DNA from: a bacterium
GTDB taxonomy: Bacteria; Pseudomonadota; Alphaproteobacteria; Rs-D84; CACZYB01
Direction of reading: 5' to 3'
DNA length: 61,345 bases
Assembly (NCBI GenBank): GCA_014803575.1
Contig: JAAVBO010000009.1
Location: forward strand, 1 to 61,345
In this document: positions 1-8,756 of the stretch, piece by piece
How positions within the stretch are numbered: position 1 is the first letter of the stretch
How the letters are laid out: each line of letters starts with the position of its first letter
Translations under genes and position numbers: made by a program
Notes under the pieces: generated by a model
Told to the model about the DNA's origin: nothing
The model's database searches: none
What the model saw: the letters and a program-made list of their open reading frames with translations, nothing else

Positions 1-71
1 AAATGCTCCAGCTTCTCTTTGAACTCGCGCCTTAGGGCGCTCTCCTTAAACTCTAATTCTTCTACAGTCAT
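1..71 (-). CDS. hypothetical protein, 5' fragment (gene runs off left edge)
   Basis: ATG at 71-69 overlaps the stop of ORF 68..382 (ATGA). Reads MTVEELEFKESALRREFKEKLEH, then leaves the window. Confidence 0.35.
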   Translation of the reverse strand, partial: MTVEELEFKESALRREFKEKLEH

Positions 72-382
72 GAGCAAACTCCTAGCAAGTTAAAGTGGTC
101 AGGGTCGCTGAAGAATCTGACTCTGATTACTTTGCGCCAGCTCAATGTCCTTGCCCTGGCGTAGTTTCCAGTGCAGCCTTGCAGCACGCTTCCTGTAACC
201 GTGCCGTTAGTTATAGACACTATAGTTCCGCTAGTGTCAGCTGGAACTTGCGTGCTTATAAGGATGTCGTATATGCAGCCAGGAACAAATGTCGTGCCTG
301 CTGGCACTGTTATAGTTGTAGTAGCAGCGTCGCCTGTTCCAGCTACTGCTATTGACGTTGCAGTTATTCTATTTATATACAT
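68..382 (-). CDS. hypothetical small protein (fibre module), 104 aa
   Basis: GGAGG 6 nt upstream of ATG at 382 (MYINRITATS...). The longer track ORF start at 409 has no RBS. Confidence 0.55.
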   Translation of the reverse strand: MYINRITATSIAVAGTGDAATTTITVPAGTTFVPGCIYDILISTQVPADTSGTIVSITNGTVTGSVLQGCTGNYARARTLSWRKVIRVRFFSDPDHFNLLGVCS

Positions 383-399
383 ATAAAACCTCCATGACA

Positions 400-419
400 C
401 CTGCAGCATAAGCTGCAGG
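400..419 (-). other. perfect 8-bp stem-loop between fibre genes
   Basis: CCTGCAGC-ataa-GCTGCAGG. No U-tract follows, so the function is unclear. Confidence 0.4.
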
Positions 420-433
420 GAAATTAAAGCATG

Positions 434-1231
434 CTACGCCTTGTTCCAAATATCTTCTATCTTCGCGTCGTTGATAGGAGTGTTGGCGCAAGATGTGTAC
501 AAATATTCTAGCATTCCTTCAACAGTCTCAACGTCCAAGCTGCCGAGCCGAGTCGCTGTCAGCTTGCTGCTTGTGCTTTCATGCGTAACAGTGAGCAAGT
601 AGATGCCGTTGTTATGGCCGTCTTCGTCATTGGCGACTTTTACAATCGCGCCTTCAAAGTCGCTAAGCTGGCCGGTATGCCCTTGCTCTGGGTCTGGGTC
701 TTCAGCTGCATAAGGGTCGCTCATCCATGACGCAAGGTGGCTGTAGTTGTCGAACTCGCGCATTCTGCTCAAGTCGATGAACGGGTTGGTAAGCGCTTTT
801 GTCTGCAGAGCGGACGTGTCGATGACTCCAGAAAGCACGTCAAACTTGTATGTGGGCTCTTCGTCGCTAGGCTCTCCAACGTTCACGACAATGACATTTA
901 CGCCGCTGTCAATGTGGTGTCCAGCTCCCTCCAAGAAGCTTGCATCAGTGTGGAACTCGCGTATCACATTGAACGCGTCGCCTTCTTTGAAAGCATCTAC
1001 TTTTACCCAGTCGCCGTTAACCTTTTGGTGCATGCCAGCGCTTGTAATGCTGCTTGCTCCAGGCGCCACTTTGTCTTTCTCTTCATCAGACAAAGCTAGG
1101 AAAGCGTCGTCTGCAAAGATAGCGCTTCCTTTGATAGTGTACATGCTCGGGAGGTCGTTGAACTGCTTCTTTATTAGCTTTATCAACGTCCCCAAGCCAT
1201 GCTCGTCTAAATACTTCACTACGTCAGCCAT
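434..1231 (-). CDS. tail fibre-like protein, 265 aa
   Basis: AGGAGA RBS. The N-terminal VKYLDEHGLGTLIKLIKK resembles the N-terminus of 3704..4744 (EYVDEKGLAAFAGLVKASI). Lies in the fibre gene cluster. Confidence 0.55.
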   Translation of the reverse strand: MADVVKYLDEHGLGTLIKLIKKQFNDLPSMYTIKGSAIFADDAFLALSDEEKDKVAPGASSITSAGMHQKVNGDWVKVDAFKEGDAFNVIREFHTDASFLEGAGHHIDSGVNVIVVNVGEPSDEEPTYKFDVLSGVIDTSALQTKALTNPFIDLSRMREFDNYSHLASWMSDPYAAEDPDPEQGHTGQLSDFEGAIVKVANDEDGHNNGIYLLTVTHESTSSKLTATRLGSLDVETVEGMLEYLYTSCANTPINDAKIEDIWNKA

Positions 1232-1244
1232 TTAATTTCTCCTG

Positions 1245-1856
1245 TTAAATTGAGTTGTTGCAGCACTCGAGCAAGTTGCTGTTGCAGCAGCCGCTTCTTC
1301 CAAGGTTGTTGAAGCGGATGTCTGCCTTCAAGTCTTGGATGTTTTGCGATTGCTGGGCGAGCGCGTCGCGGAGCCTCTGGATTTCGCTCTGGTCCATCTT
1401 GGTGCTCAAAGCATTGAAGCGCTTCTCGTTCTCAAGGTTGAGCGCTGCAATCTGCTGCTTAACCTCGCAGCAGCACTGGTTCTGGTTAGCAAGGACTTGC
1501 TGCACTTGCACTTGGTTGTTGTAAATGTCGCGCTGTAGCTCTGAGTATTTGTCAGAAACATTTTGAGCGAGAGCGTCAAACGCCCTGTTGACGTTGTTGT
1601 TTATGTCGCGGTTCTGGTCCTGCAAGTCGTTGAAGTTCATGCTGTTCTGCAGCTGAGCAGAAGAAGCAGGAGCTTGGTCTCCAGTCATAGGGCCGAATCC
1701 GCCGCGGCCCCAGCCGCCAAAGCCGCCTCCAAATCCGCCTCCCATCATAGCAAGGAAAGCGAGGAACATCAGGCCGTTTCCTCCGAAACAGTCTCCGTTT
1801 CCATAACCATTGCCTAGCATAATGTTAGGCTGTCCACTAGAAATTTCCATACCCAT
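1245..1856 (-). CDS. Gly-rich / coiled-coil / Cys-cluster protein, 203 aa
   Basis: AGGAGG 7 nt upstream of ATG. N-terminus has GGGFGGGFGGWGRGGFG with a hydrophobic stretch, then a Q/N-rich heptad region. Cys clusters are QCCCE and GCCNSNLLECCNN. Confidence 0.6.
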   Translation of the reverse strand: MGMEISSGQPNIMLGNGYGNGDCFGGNGLMFLAFLAMMGGGFGGGFGGWGRGGFGPMTGDQAPASSAQLQNSMNFNDLQDQNRDINNNVNRAFDALAQNVSDKYSELQRDIYNNQVQVQQVLANQNQCCCEVKQQIAALNLENEKRFNALSTKMDQSEIQRLRDALAQQSQNIQDLKADIRFNNLGRSGCCNSNLLECCNNSI

Positions 1857-1908
1857 AGTTGTACCTCCTAGTACATATGTTAAATATATTTAGCAGCATG
1901 TCATACTG

Positions 1909-2328
1909 CTATTCCACAACCTTAATGCATGACTCGTCGCATACATATGTATGCATAGCAAAATTTTCTTTCTTGCGTGTCAGCACTTCGTATTCAAAAG
2001 ACATCTCGCTCAGCTCCAGCTCTTTTTCTTCTTGCAGAGTCTTGCCGTTCTCGTCAAGCACTGGCCTCAATTCGCTGTCAAGCTTAGGCACCGTTACAGT
2101 CTCCTTGACTACGTTGTTTGGATGTTTTTCATAAATTTCTGTCATCAAGACAGGAATCTTTATGTTTGACGGCAGGTCGCTGTTTGTCAGCTCAGGCACA
2201 ACAACTAGCCTTTCGTCAAACGGAATTGACGAGCCGCGGTCTGAGAGCAGCCACACTTCTGCATTGTTAAAGTCTGCAAACCCTTGCAGCGTCTCGTCCT
2301 CGATAATCTGCACCTTAATCTTTTCCAT
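1909..2328 (-). CDS. hypothetical protein, 139 aa
   Basis: AAGGAGG RBS upstream of ATG at 2328. Compact spacing with neighbouring genes. Confidence 0.6.
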   Translation of the reverse strand: MEKIKVQIIEDETLQGFADFNNAEVWLLSDRGSSIPFDERLVVVPELTNSDLPSNIKIPVLMTEIYEKHPNNVVKETVTVPKLDSELRPVLDENGKTLQEEKELELSEMSFEYEVLTRKKENFAMHTYVCDESCIKVVE

Positions 2329-2339
2329 ATGTTTCCTCC

Positions 2340-3035
2340 TTAGTCAAATACGATGCTAGTTAAAACAGTTATAGGGTATTCACCTGAATTACCGTAAAGT
2401 ATGTAACAGCCTTGTACACTAAATTTGGTGACAGGACTTAATGTAAATAATGTGTCTGTAATAGCTGTGCCACCAAAATCGCACACATGTTGACCTATTG
2501 GAGAGGAAAGTTTAGTCCATACTGTGACTTTTTTTCCTGTACATGTAAACACTTTCCCATTAACTACTACGCTGAATATATTTTTAGTAGTTTTAATAGT
2601 TTTGCCTTTTGAACTATTAGTTGAAACATTAAATCCAACCGCATTTAGCCGTGCAGCGAATTGTGACTGTGTATAAGTGCCTGCTGGTATTACTGAACTG
2701 CCCTCTGCTATCGTATCAGCAAGTATGTTAAAGTCATTTATGCACTGACATTTATATCCATATTTGCTACAAAAAAATATATTTTTATATTTTGACGAAA
2801 CTCCAGCTGAACATTTGCCAAAAGCGTCTGTATTTATTACTATCCTATCTGGAGAATCTGCTAACATGCCGGGTAATGTATATACTTTACCGTCTTCAGC
2901 TTTATAATTAAAGTAGCCAATAATGTAGTCGAGTCCGCCATATGACACTTGGCTTGGAAACCTACCTTGTTCAAACGCATTAGGAATTTGCAGAACATTA
3001 GATGAATCTCTAAATTTTAATACAGTAGCAGCCAT
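2340..3035 (-). CDS. hypothetical protein (fibre module), 231 aa
   Basis: AGAGGA RBS. Follows the collagen-like gene directly. No motif recognised. Confidence 0.55.
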   Translation of the reverse strand: MAATVLKFRDSSNVLQIPNAFEQGRFPSQVSYGGLDYIIGYFNYKAEDGKVYTLPGMLADSPDRIVINTDAFGKCSAGVSSKYKNIFFCSKYGYKCQCINDFNILADTIAEGSSVIPAGTYTQSQFAARLNAVGFNVSTNSSKGKTIKTTKNIFSVVVNGKVFTCTGKKVTVWTKLSSPIGQHVCDFGGTAITDTLFTLSPVTKFSVQGCYILYGNSGEYPITVLTSIVFD

Positions 3036-3047
3036 TTATTTATTCCT

Positions 3048-3365
3048 CTAAGATATCCAAATGTCTCCAGCTACAGGGTTTGCTGGAGCTGTAGTGCTGA
3101 GCCTGCTTATCGACGGACCAGCTGGGCCCTGAGGGCCTGTAGCACCGGTCGCGCCTTTTGCTCCTGCCGGCCCTTGCGGTCCTTGTGGTCCAGTGGCGCC
3201 AGTGTCGCCTTTCGGTCCTTGTGGTCCAGTGGCGCCAGTGTCGCCTTTCGGTCCTTGCGGTCCAGTGGCTCCTGCTGGACCTGCTGGTCCCGGCACTCCA
3301 GGCTCGCCTTGCTTGCCCTTGTCTGCCCGGCTCCATTTTCCGTTAGCGTCTTTAACTAGAATCAT
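3048..3365 (-). CDS. collagen-like repeat protein, 105 aa
   Basis: AAGGAGGG RBS. About 24 uninterrupted G-X-Y triplets ([42 protein letters not shown]...). Confidence 0.8.
   Translation of the reverse strand: MILVKDANGKWSRADKGKQGEPGVPGPAGPAGATGPQGPKGDTGATGPQGPKGDTGATGPQGPQGPAGAKGATGATGPQGPAGPSISRLSTTAPANPVAGDIWIS
3178..3249 (-). repeat. perfect 36-bp tandem duplication inside the collagen-like CDS
   Basis: 3178..3213 is identical to 3214..3249, with a partial third copy. Confidence 0.9.
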
Positions 3366-3375
3366 CTTACCCTCC

Positions 3376-3693
3376 TTATAGCGCTCCGCCTATGCCTACA
3401 AAGCGGACATAGGCTTTTTCAAACGTATCAACATCACATGTATAGTACTCATTGTTCTCATCTTTAACTATATACTCGCCTATATCGGCGTTTATAACGC
3501 TTCCTTTAACATTTATAGACACGCTGCCATTATCTTTGACAGTGAAGTCGTTCAGCCCGACTAAGCGCATATATTGCTTTACAGCGTTAGAATTGTCCCA
3601 TAGTATAGTCTGTACTAGAACAGGCTTCTTGTACCAGTTGCTTACTAACGGAACGCATTGGCTGTTCAGTACGTCGTTGCTTTCTTGTAACAT
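3376..3693 (-). CDS. hypothetical protein, 105 aa
   Basis: AAGGAGG 5 nt upstream of ATG at 3693. This start avoids overlap with the stop at 3704. Confidence 0.55.
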   Translation of the reverse strand: MLQESNDVLNSQCVPLVSNWYKKPVLVQTILWDNSNAVKQYMRLVGLNDFTVKDNGSVSINVKGSVINADIGEYIVKDENNEYYTCDVDTFEKAYVRFVGIGGAL

Positions 3694-3703
3694 AGCGTCC
3701 TCC

Positions 3704-4744
3704 TTAAGCATTTAAAGCGCTTTCTATATTAGCAACTCTGCTTAACAAATCGTTCACTTTAGTCTGCAGCGTGTCAATCTCGTAGCGGTAGCGCTCGATT
3801 TTTTCAAGCTTTTTGAATGTATATGAATTTAAATAGTATGTGTTGCCATCGCTGTCATTACAAACATAACGTCCATCAAACGTCATATTCCATGTTCTAT
3901 CCACCCATTGTCCGTCCACAAGCTGCTTTTGTACGCTTTCACTTGAATAGAACACGTTGCCGTCGTCGTCATGCCAAACATTTTTTCCGTAAATATCTAT
4001 ATTCCATTTTTCACTATACCATTTATTACTTAATAATTTAACGTTATGACTTCCACTTGAATAGTGTGTGTTGCCATCGTTGTCATGCCAAACATTTTCT
4101 GCACTATAAATACCGTTCATATTAGTCCAGTAGTTATCTATCCATTGGCCATCAACAAGTTTTTTACCATAATCATACTCGAAGCCGAAGTATGTATTAC
4201 CGTCACTATCATGCCATACTTCTGCCCCTGAAATACCAATATAGTTCCAACTTATCTTAATCCATTTACCATCAACAAGCTTATAATGTCTGTCGCTTTT
4301 TGCTGAGTAGTATGTATTACCATCACTATCATGCCAAATATATTTTCCTTCTAAAATATCACTACTAAAAGTTTTATTCACCCATTGACCGTCAACAAGT
4401 TGTTTATGATTACCATTCATAGTATGATACGTATTACCATCACTGTCATGCCAAACATTTTCTCCTGAAAAACTATAGTCGCCAGTAAATACAGGCACAC
4501 TAGCCCAATTACCACTAATGTATTCAGGCTTATAACAGTTGATGTTGTTTCCTGAGCTGTTTTCGTCCTCATCTACAGTGGTGTCGTCCACGTCTATGAT
4601 TTCAGCCCTGTCGTACTTGTCTTTCTCGCTGTCAGTGAGCTTCTCCCATTCTTCAAGCGTGCCGACAAAAGTCTTTGGTATGCTGGCCTTTACTAAGCCA
4701 GCAAATGCAGCAAGGCCTTTCTCGTCTACATATTCTTTTTTCAT
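3704..4744 (-). CDS. fibre-like protein with six WHDSDGNTY repeats and a C-terminal coiled coil, 346 aa
   Basis: GGGGAG 7 nt upstream of ATG at 4744 (ATGA overlap with 4741..4953). Six repeats of about 40 aa: (N/E)VWHD(S/N/D)DGNT(Y/H)...KLVDGQW. Confidence 0.65.
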   Translation of the reverse strand: MKKEYVDEKGLAAFAGLVKASIPKTFVGTLEEWEKLTDSEKDKYDRAEIIDVDDTTVDEDENSSGNNINCYKPEYISGNWASVPVFTGDYSFSGENVWHDSDGNTYHTMNGNHKQLVDGQWVNKTFSSDILEGKYIWHDSDGNTYYSAKSDRHYKLVDGKWIKISWNYIGISGAEVWHDSDGNTYFGFEYDYGKKLVDGQWIDNYWTNMNGIYSAENVWHDNDGNTHYSSGSHNVKLLSNKWYSEKWNIDIYGKNVWHDDDGNVFYSSESVQKQLVDGQWVDRTWNMTFDGRYVCNDSDGNTYYLNSYTFKKLEKIERYRYEIDTLQTKVNDLLSRVANIESALNA

Positions 4745-4953
4745 ATCTGCACTCCCCATTGCTTGGCCATTGCGTCAAGGTCCATTCCCTTGCTCTTGTA
4801 CAGCTGCCTCAAGGCGCTGACTTGCTGCTTGCGGCTCTTGCCTTCAAACATGCTCTGGCACTGCTTCATAGCTTCTGGATTTTGCCTAGCAAGCTCGTTT
4901 ATAAAGTACATTTGGGGGTTCTGTATAGCCCCCATCATGTTCATCATGTTCAT
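4741..4953 (-). CDS. hypothetical protein, 70 aa
   Basis: GAGGAGG 7 nt upstream of ATG at 4953. Translationally coupled on both sides. Confidence 0.55.
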   Translation of the reverse strand: MNMMNMMGAIQNPQMYFINELARQNPEAMKQCQSMFEGKSRKQQVSALRQLYKSKGMDLDAMAKQWGVQI

Positions 4954-5963
4954 GCTTCTACCTCCTCGTATAGCCTCGCTATGTCGCTGTCTTTGAACGC
5001 CTTGAGCATCAAGCCGCTCAGGTCCAGCTCCTCAGCTTCTTCTGGATACTCTGCGTCTGGGTCATACTGCTCTGAGCCTGGATATTTGTACAGCTTCAAT
5101 TTAGGCTGCCCGAACAAATGCCAGCTGCCTTGCACGTTTGTGTCTTTTATGTAGCCGCGCAGCTCTCCGTCTTCATCGCCGTGCGTGAAGTAAACTCTGT
5201 CAGGCTTAGCAGTAGGCCATGTAGGAAGCTTGCTGACTATTTCAAACGGGCAAGGCCTGGCTCCAAGCTGCCAGAACATGTTGAATTCGTTCGGATTCTT
5301 TATGTAGCCTATAATGCTGTCCCCGTCAGGCGTAACGTACATCTTGTTAGCTTCAGCTGACGCCCATGCAGGCAGCTTGTCAACTAGCTCAAACCCATGG
5401 ACAGAGCCAGCGCCAAGCTGGTACCAGCCGCTTCCATCTTTCTGCTTAATGTATCCTGTAGCAGTGGTGCCGCTAGCAGTGATATACATAATTCCCTGAG
5501 CAGCGTCTTCCAGTTCAGGCAGCTTGTCGACTATTTCAAACGACTTGCTGTTAGTTATGTTATACCACTTGCCTTCTACACTTTTCTTTGTGTAGCATGC
5601 TGGCTCAGACGGAACATAATAGATGACGCCGTCCAGAGCATGCTTCCACAAAGGCAGCTCGTCGACTGTAACAATAGAGTCTGAGACGCTGATAGGAGTC
5701 CATTCAGCGCCTGACGACACGTAGAACAAGCCTTTTTTATATTCAGGCCCGTCGCCAACGTATTGCACGATTGAGCCTGTATAAAACATAGGGCTAGGCA
5801 TGTCTTTGAACTGCATCCAGTCTTGCTTGTCCTGCAAGTCTTTTTGCACGCTCTTGAACAGTTCGTCAAGCTTCCTGTCTGTCTTGAGCAGCAGCCTGTT
5901 GACCAAGTCAAGCTCAGCTTGCTCTATGCCGCTTACTGCTTCATGCACTGTTTTTTGCGCCAT
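4950..5963 (-). CDS. fibre-like protein with four internal repeats, 337 aa
   Basis: GAGGAG RBS. Four repeats of about 45 aa: FE(I/L)V(D/S)KLP.W....(M/V)Y(V/I/F)T....GYIK....W(Q/H)LG. Confidence 0.6.
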   Translation of the reverse strand: MAQKTVHEAVSGIEQAELDLVNRLLLKTDRKLDELFKSVQKDLQDKQDWMQFKDMPSPMFYTGSIVQYVGDGPEYKKGLFYVSSGAEWTPISVSDSIVTVDELPLWKHALDGVIYYVPSEPACYTKKSVEGKWYNITNSKSFEIVDKLPELEDAAQGIMYITASGTTATGYIKQKDGSGWYQLGAGSVHGFELVDKLPAWASAEANKMYVTPDGDSIIGYIKNPNEFNMFWQLGARPCPFEIVSKLPTWPTAKPDRVYFTHGDEDGELRGYIKDTNVQGSWHLFGQPKLKLYKYPGSEQYDPDAEYPEEAEELDLSGLMLKAFKDSDIARLYEEVEA

Positions 5964-5966
5964 TTA

Positions 5967-6545
5967 TTACTCCTCGGTAATATACATAACAGATGCAGTG
6001 TTTATATTACCTACATAAGTGTCTGTGAGCTTTGTCAAGTCAACGACCTTTATATTTCCATCACTGTCAAGCCTTAAGGTGACTCCATAATACGCTCTCG
6101 CATTCTCGTCATCAGCGTCAATAAGCTCAGCTACAAGCGAGAACGCTACAGGTATTTTAGGGTGGTATTCGTCGCTTAAAGAAGCGACTGTGTCGTTCCT
6201 GTGCAAGAGCTGGTCATGCAGCTCTATAGTTAGCTGCGCGATTGGAAGGTTCACGAGCCTAGTGCAGATTACGTTCTCCATCTGCATGTCGTCTTTCTTC
6301 ATCTCATTGAGCCGCTCTACAGCGCTTTCGATTACAGCTTCCTTTTCATTCGCTAAGTTTGACTGCAGCTCAGCGACTTGCTCTTCAAAGCCTTTCTTAG
6401 CGCCTGCAAGCGCCGCATCAAATACAGCTGTTGCTTTGTCAATCATACTGTCAATATCTTCTTTAGGCGTTACTACAGCTTCAAGTAGCGCCTCAACCTC
6501 TTGCTTTGTTACAAGCTGCACGTTTCCAAGAACATGTGTGCTCAT
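5967..6545 (-). CDS. hypothetical protein, 192 aa
   Basis: AGGAGGA RBS. The N-terminal half looks helical or coiled-coil. Confidence 0.6.
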   Translation of the reverse strand: MSTHVLGNVQLVTKQEVEALLEAVVTPKEDIDSMIDKATAVFDAALAGAKKGFEEQVAELQSNLANEKEAVIESAVERLNEMKKDDMQMENVICTRLVNLPIAQLTIELHDQLLHRNDTVASLSDEYHPKIPVAFSLVAELIDADDENARAYYGVTLRLDSDGNIKVVDLTKLTDTYVGNINTASVMYITEE

Positions 6546-6554
6546 GCTATCCTC

Positions 6555-6935
6555 CTAATACTTTATTTTTATTATTTTCTGCATCACGTACGGCAGCCAA
6601 ATCTTGCCGTCTGTGGTCACGTTGCCATTGCCAGGCATGAATGCTGCAATGTCTTTGTATTCGTCAGCAAGCAGCTCAGCGCTGCCGTCCAGAGCATGCC
6701 AGCCGTCAGGAACGCCGTCGCTTATCAAAAGCTTAATACTTGCACTTTTAGGGCTGACTGTAACGTCTCGCTTGTTGAGCGTGAACGTTATTTCTTCGTC
6801 TGACTCCAAGGCGCGCTCTTCTACTTTATAAGCTGGCCAGAACATAGTCTCGCCTACCTTAGCGCCTTTCAAGTCTGAAGCTTCTTTGTTGTAGATTATC
6901 TGGCCGCCAGCATAGTGTATCTCTTTAGGCTCCAT
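6555..6935 (-). CDS. protein with tail-collar-like motif, 126 aa
   Basis: CAGGAGG RBS. GVPDGWHALDGSAELLADEYKDIAAFM resembles the phage tail collar P-x-GW-x-x-(C)DG...Y..L motif. Confidence 0.5.
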   Translation of the reverse strand: MEPKEIHYAGGQIIYNKEASDLKGAKVGETMFWPAYKVEERALESDEEITFTLNKRDVTVSPKSASIKLLISDGVPDGWHALDGSAELLADEYKDIAAFMPGNGNVTTDGKIWLPYVMQKIIKIKY

Positions 6936-7132
6936 TAACTTACCTCCTGTTCTTGTTCAGCGCTCTGGTCCTGAGGGCCTTGCGTCTGAAGCAGTTGTGC
7001 GCTGGCTTGCTGAATTATGCCAAGCAGCCAGTTCCTGTATATCTCTCCAACGCTGTCAGGTATGTCCTTCTCGCGCTGGAGGTTCTCAACCCATTTATCT
7101 TTAATTATTTGGTTCTGCTCTTCTTTCGTCAT
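6935..7132 (-). CDS. hypothetical protein, 65 aa
   Basis: Weak AAGGCGG RBS. Overlaps the end of 7101..8357 by 32 nt. Confidence 0.4.
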   Translation of the reverse strand: MTKEEQNQIIKDKWVENLQREKDIPDSVGEIYRNWLLGIIQQASAQLLQTQGPQDQSAEQEQEVS

Positions 7133-8357
7133 ATCTTGCCGCCTTCTTTATGCGGATGATAGAGTAGTCTTGCAGCGGATATGTGTCTCCAATAAGCTCT
7201 ATCAAGTCGGTAAGGCTTTCGTCTACGCTAGAGCCGTCACAAGCATGTGCCCAGTCTGGAACGTCAATAGCCACGCCGTTGTCATCACACCTAGGCCAAA
7301 ACGTTATCTCTCCTATAGCGTTTTCATTAGTCAGCGACTTGAGGTTGCTCTCAATGTTTTCGACCTTGTCGCTTAATCCAGTGTACTCTACACTAGCAAC
7401 AACTTTAGTTTCTCCGTTCGGAGACACATAGCCTTCAGAGCCGACTGGAGCGAAGTTTATTCCTGCGCACCTGAACTCAAGGGCGCTGAATACGCCATAC
7501 ATGTTGTCTTCAAATACTTTAGTCCACTCGTCTGCGCGCACAGCAAGGTAAGCATGGTGCTCTCCTTCTTTAGCAGTGCCTTGTACTACCATGAAGCGCA
7601 CGCCGTGGTACTCGTCTTCATGGAAGTTAGCAAGTACGTCAAGCTGTCCGCTGCAATAAGCTCCATCTTTCTTGCTTGCAGCGAAGTGCACTACAGCAGA
7701 GAAAGGCTTAGTGTTGACATACTCTATATACGCTGTGCCAGCGTTCTCTTTCAGCATGCCGAGCATGTAGTATACGCCGTCCTCATCAGAGCCGCACACA
7801 TTAGAGCTAAACTTGCTGAACTCAAAGTTAATCTGCCCTATCGCGTGGACAAGCCCTGACAGAGTATTTGCTGAAACAAGCTGAGCGCTGAGAGTTTCAG
7901 TGTTTATTAAGTCTAGACTGTCGCTCTTGTCGCTTGACTTCAGCCAGCTCTTCAGCTTTTTTAGATAGTCGTTTATAGACGTTATCTCTTCGCTAAACTT
8001 AAGGTCTGACGCCTTGAGGTATTCAGACAAGCCGTCTTTTGCAGCATACTTATTGTCAGCGTTGGCTGACAGCAAATAGCCGCTTAGGTCAGGAATGTCT
8101 TCTTCTTTAGCGTAAGTGCTTTCAGCGTCACTTGTTTTCAGGTATCCAGCCAAGCTTGGAATCTTGTTTTTTTCGAAATCTGCTAGCTGCTGTGCGACAT
8201 ACTCTTTTATCTTGTGAGGGTCGTCAGTGCTGCCTACATCTTTTATATGGTTGTCTATTTTAGAGACAAGCTCAGAGTAAGCGTTGGCGAATTCTATCAG
8301 GTCTTTGGCCCTTACGTCGCTGCCTTGCGGCCCGTTCCAGTTAGTGAATGTGCTCAT
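7101..8357 (-). CDS. tail fibre protein, 418 aa
   Basis: Repeated (S/A)GYL(K/L)xSDAxxxYA(K) segments are typical of phage fibres. C-terminal IGEITFWPR...VPDWAHACDGSSV...LIELIGDTY is tail-collar-like. Confidence 0.6.
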   Translation of the reverse strand: MSTFTNWNGPQGSDVRAKDLIEFANAYSELVSKIDNHIKDVGSTDDPHKIKEYVAQQLADFEKNKIPSLAGYLKTSDAESTYAKEEDIPDLSGYLLSANADNKYAAKDGLSEYLKASDLKFSEEITSINDYLKKLKSWLKSSDKSDSLDLINTETLSAQLVSANTLSGLVHAIGQINFEFSKFSSNVCGSDEDGVYYMLGMLKENAGTAYIEYVNTKPFSAVVHFAASKKDGAYCSGQLDVLANFHEDEYHGVRFMVVQGTAKEGEHHAYLAVRADEWTKVFEDNMYGVFSALEFRCAGINFAPVGSEGYVSPNGETKVVASVEYTGLSDKVENIESNLKSLTNENAIGEITFWPRCDDNGVAIDVPDWAHACDGSSVDESLTDLIELIGDTYPLQDYSIIRIKKAARYDERRAEPNN

Positions 8358-8360
8358 AGA

Positions 8361-8756
8361 CTACTCCACGTTATCATCAGCTGCATAAACATCGCTTGGC
8401 TCTGGCGGCCCTGCTGGCACGTCTTCCGCATTTCTCATTTGCTGCATAAGGTCGATTGGCTCGTTACTTGTATCTAATACACGGTTACCAATTTGTTCAT
8501 CACCAATTATTGTGTTGCTGCCAAGCTCGCTTTCAGCAACTACAGGCTGTACAGGAATATTGTTTTCTGACAAGATGTTTCCTGACGAGCCATTCGGAAG
8601 CTGCAAGTTTTTAGGTATGCCGCCGCCAATAAGCATTTCACATTCTTCTCTGGAAATGACTCCAAGCATAGCAAGGTCTATTGCTATGCACTGGTACGCT
8701 TCGCTGCGCCTTATTCCGCGCATATTCTTATTGTTAAGTCTGCAAGTGCCTATCAT
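8361..8756 (-). CDS. hypothetical protein, 131 aa
   Basis: GGAGGA RBS. ATGA-type overlap with the upstream gene. Confidence 0.55.
   Translation of the reverse strand: MIGTCRLNNKNMRGIRRSEAYQCIAIDLAMLGVISREECEMLIGGGIPKNLQLPNGSSGNILSENNIPVQPVVAESELGSNTIIGDEQIGNRVLDTSNEPIDLMQQMRNAEDVPAGPPEPSDVYAADDNVE

Noticed and set aside
3040-3381. Several 60-100-aa ORFs on both strands overlapping the collagen-like gene
   Set aside because: These are frame shadows of a GC-rich G-X-Y repeat. Only the 3048..3365 frame has an SD and a coherent collagen repeat.
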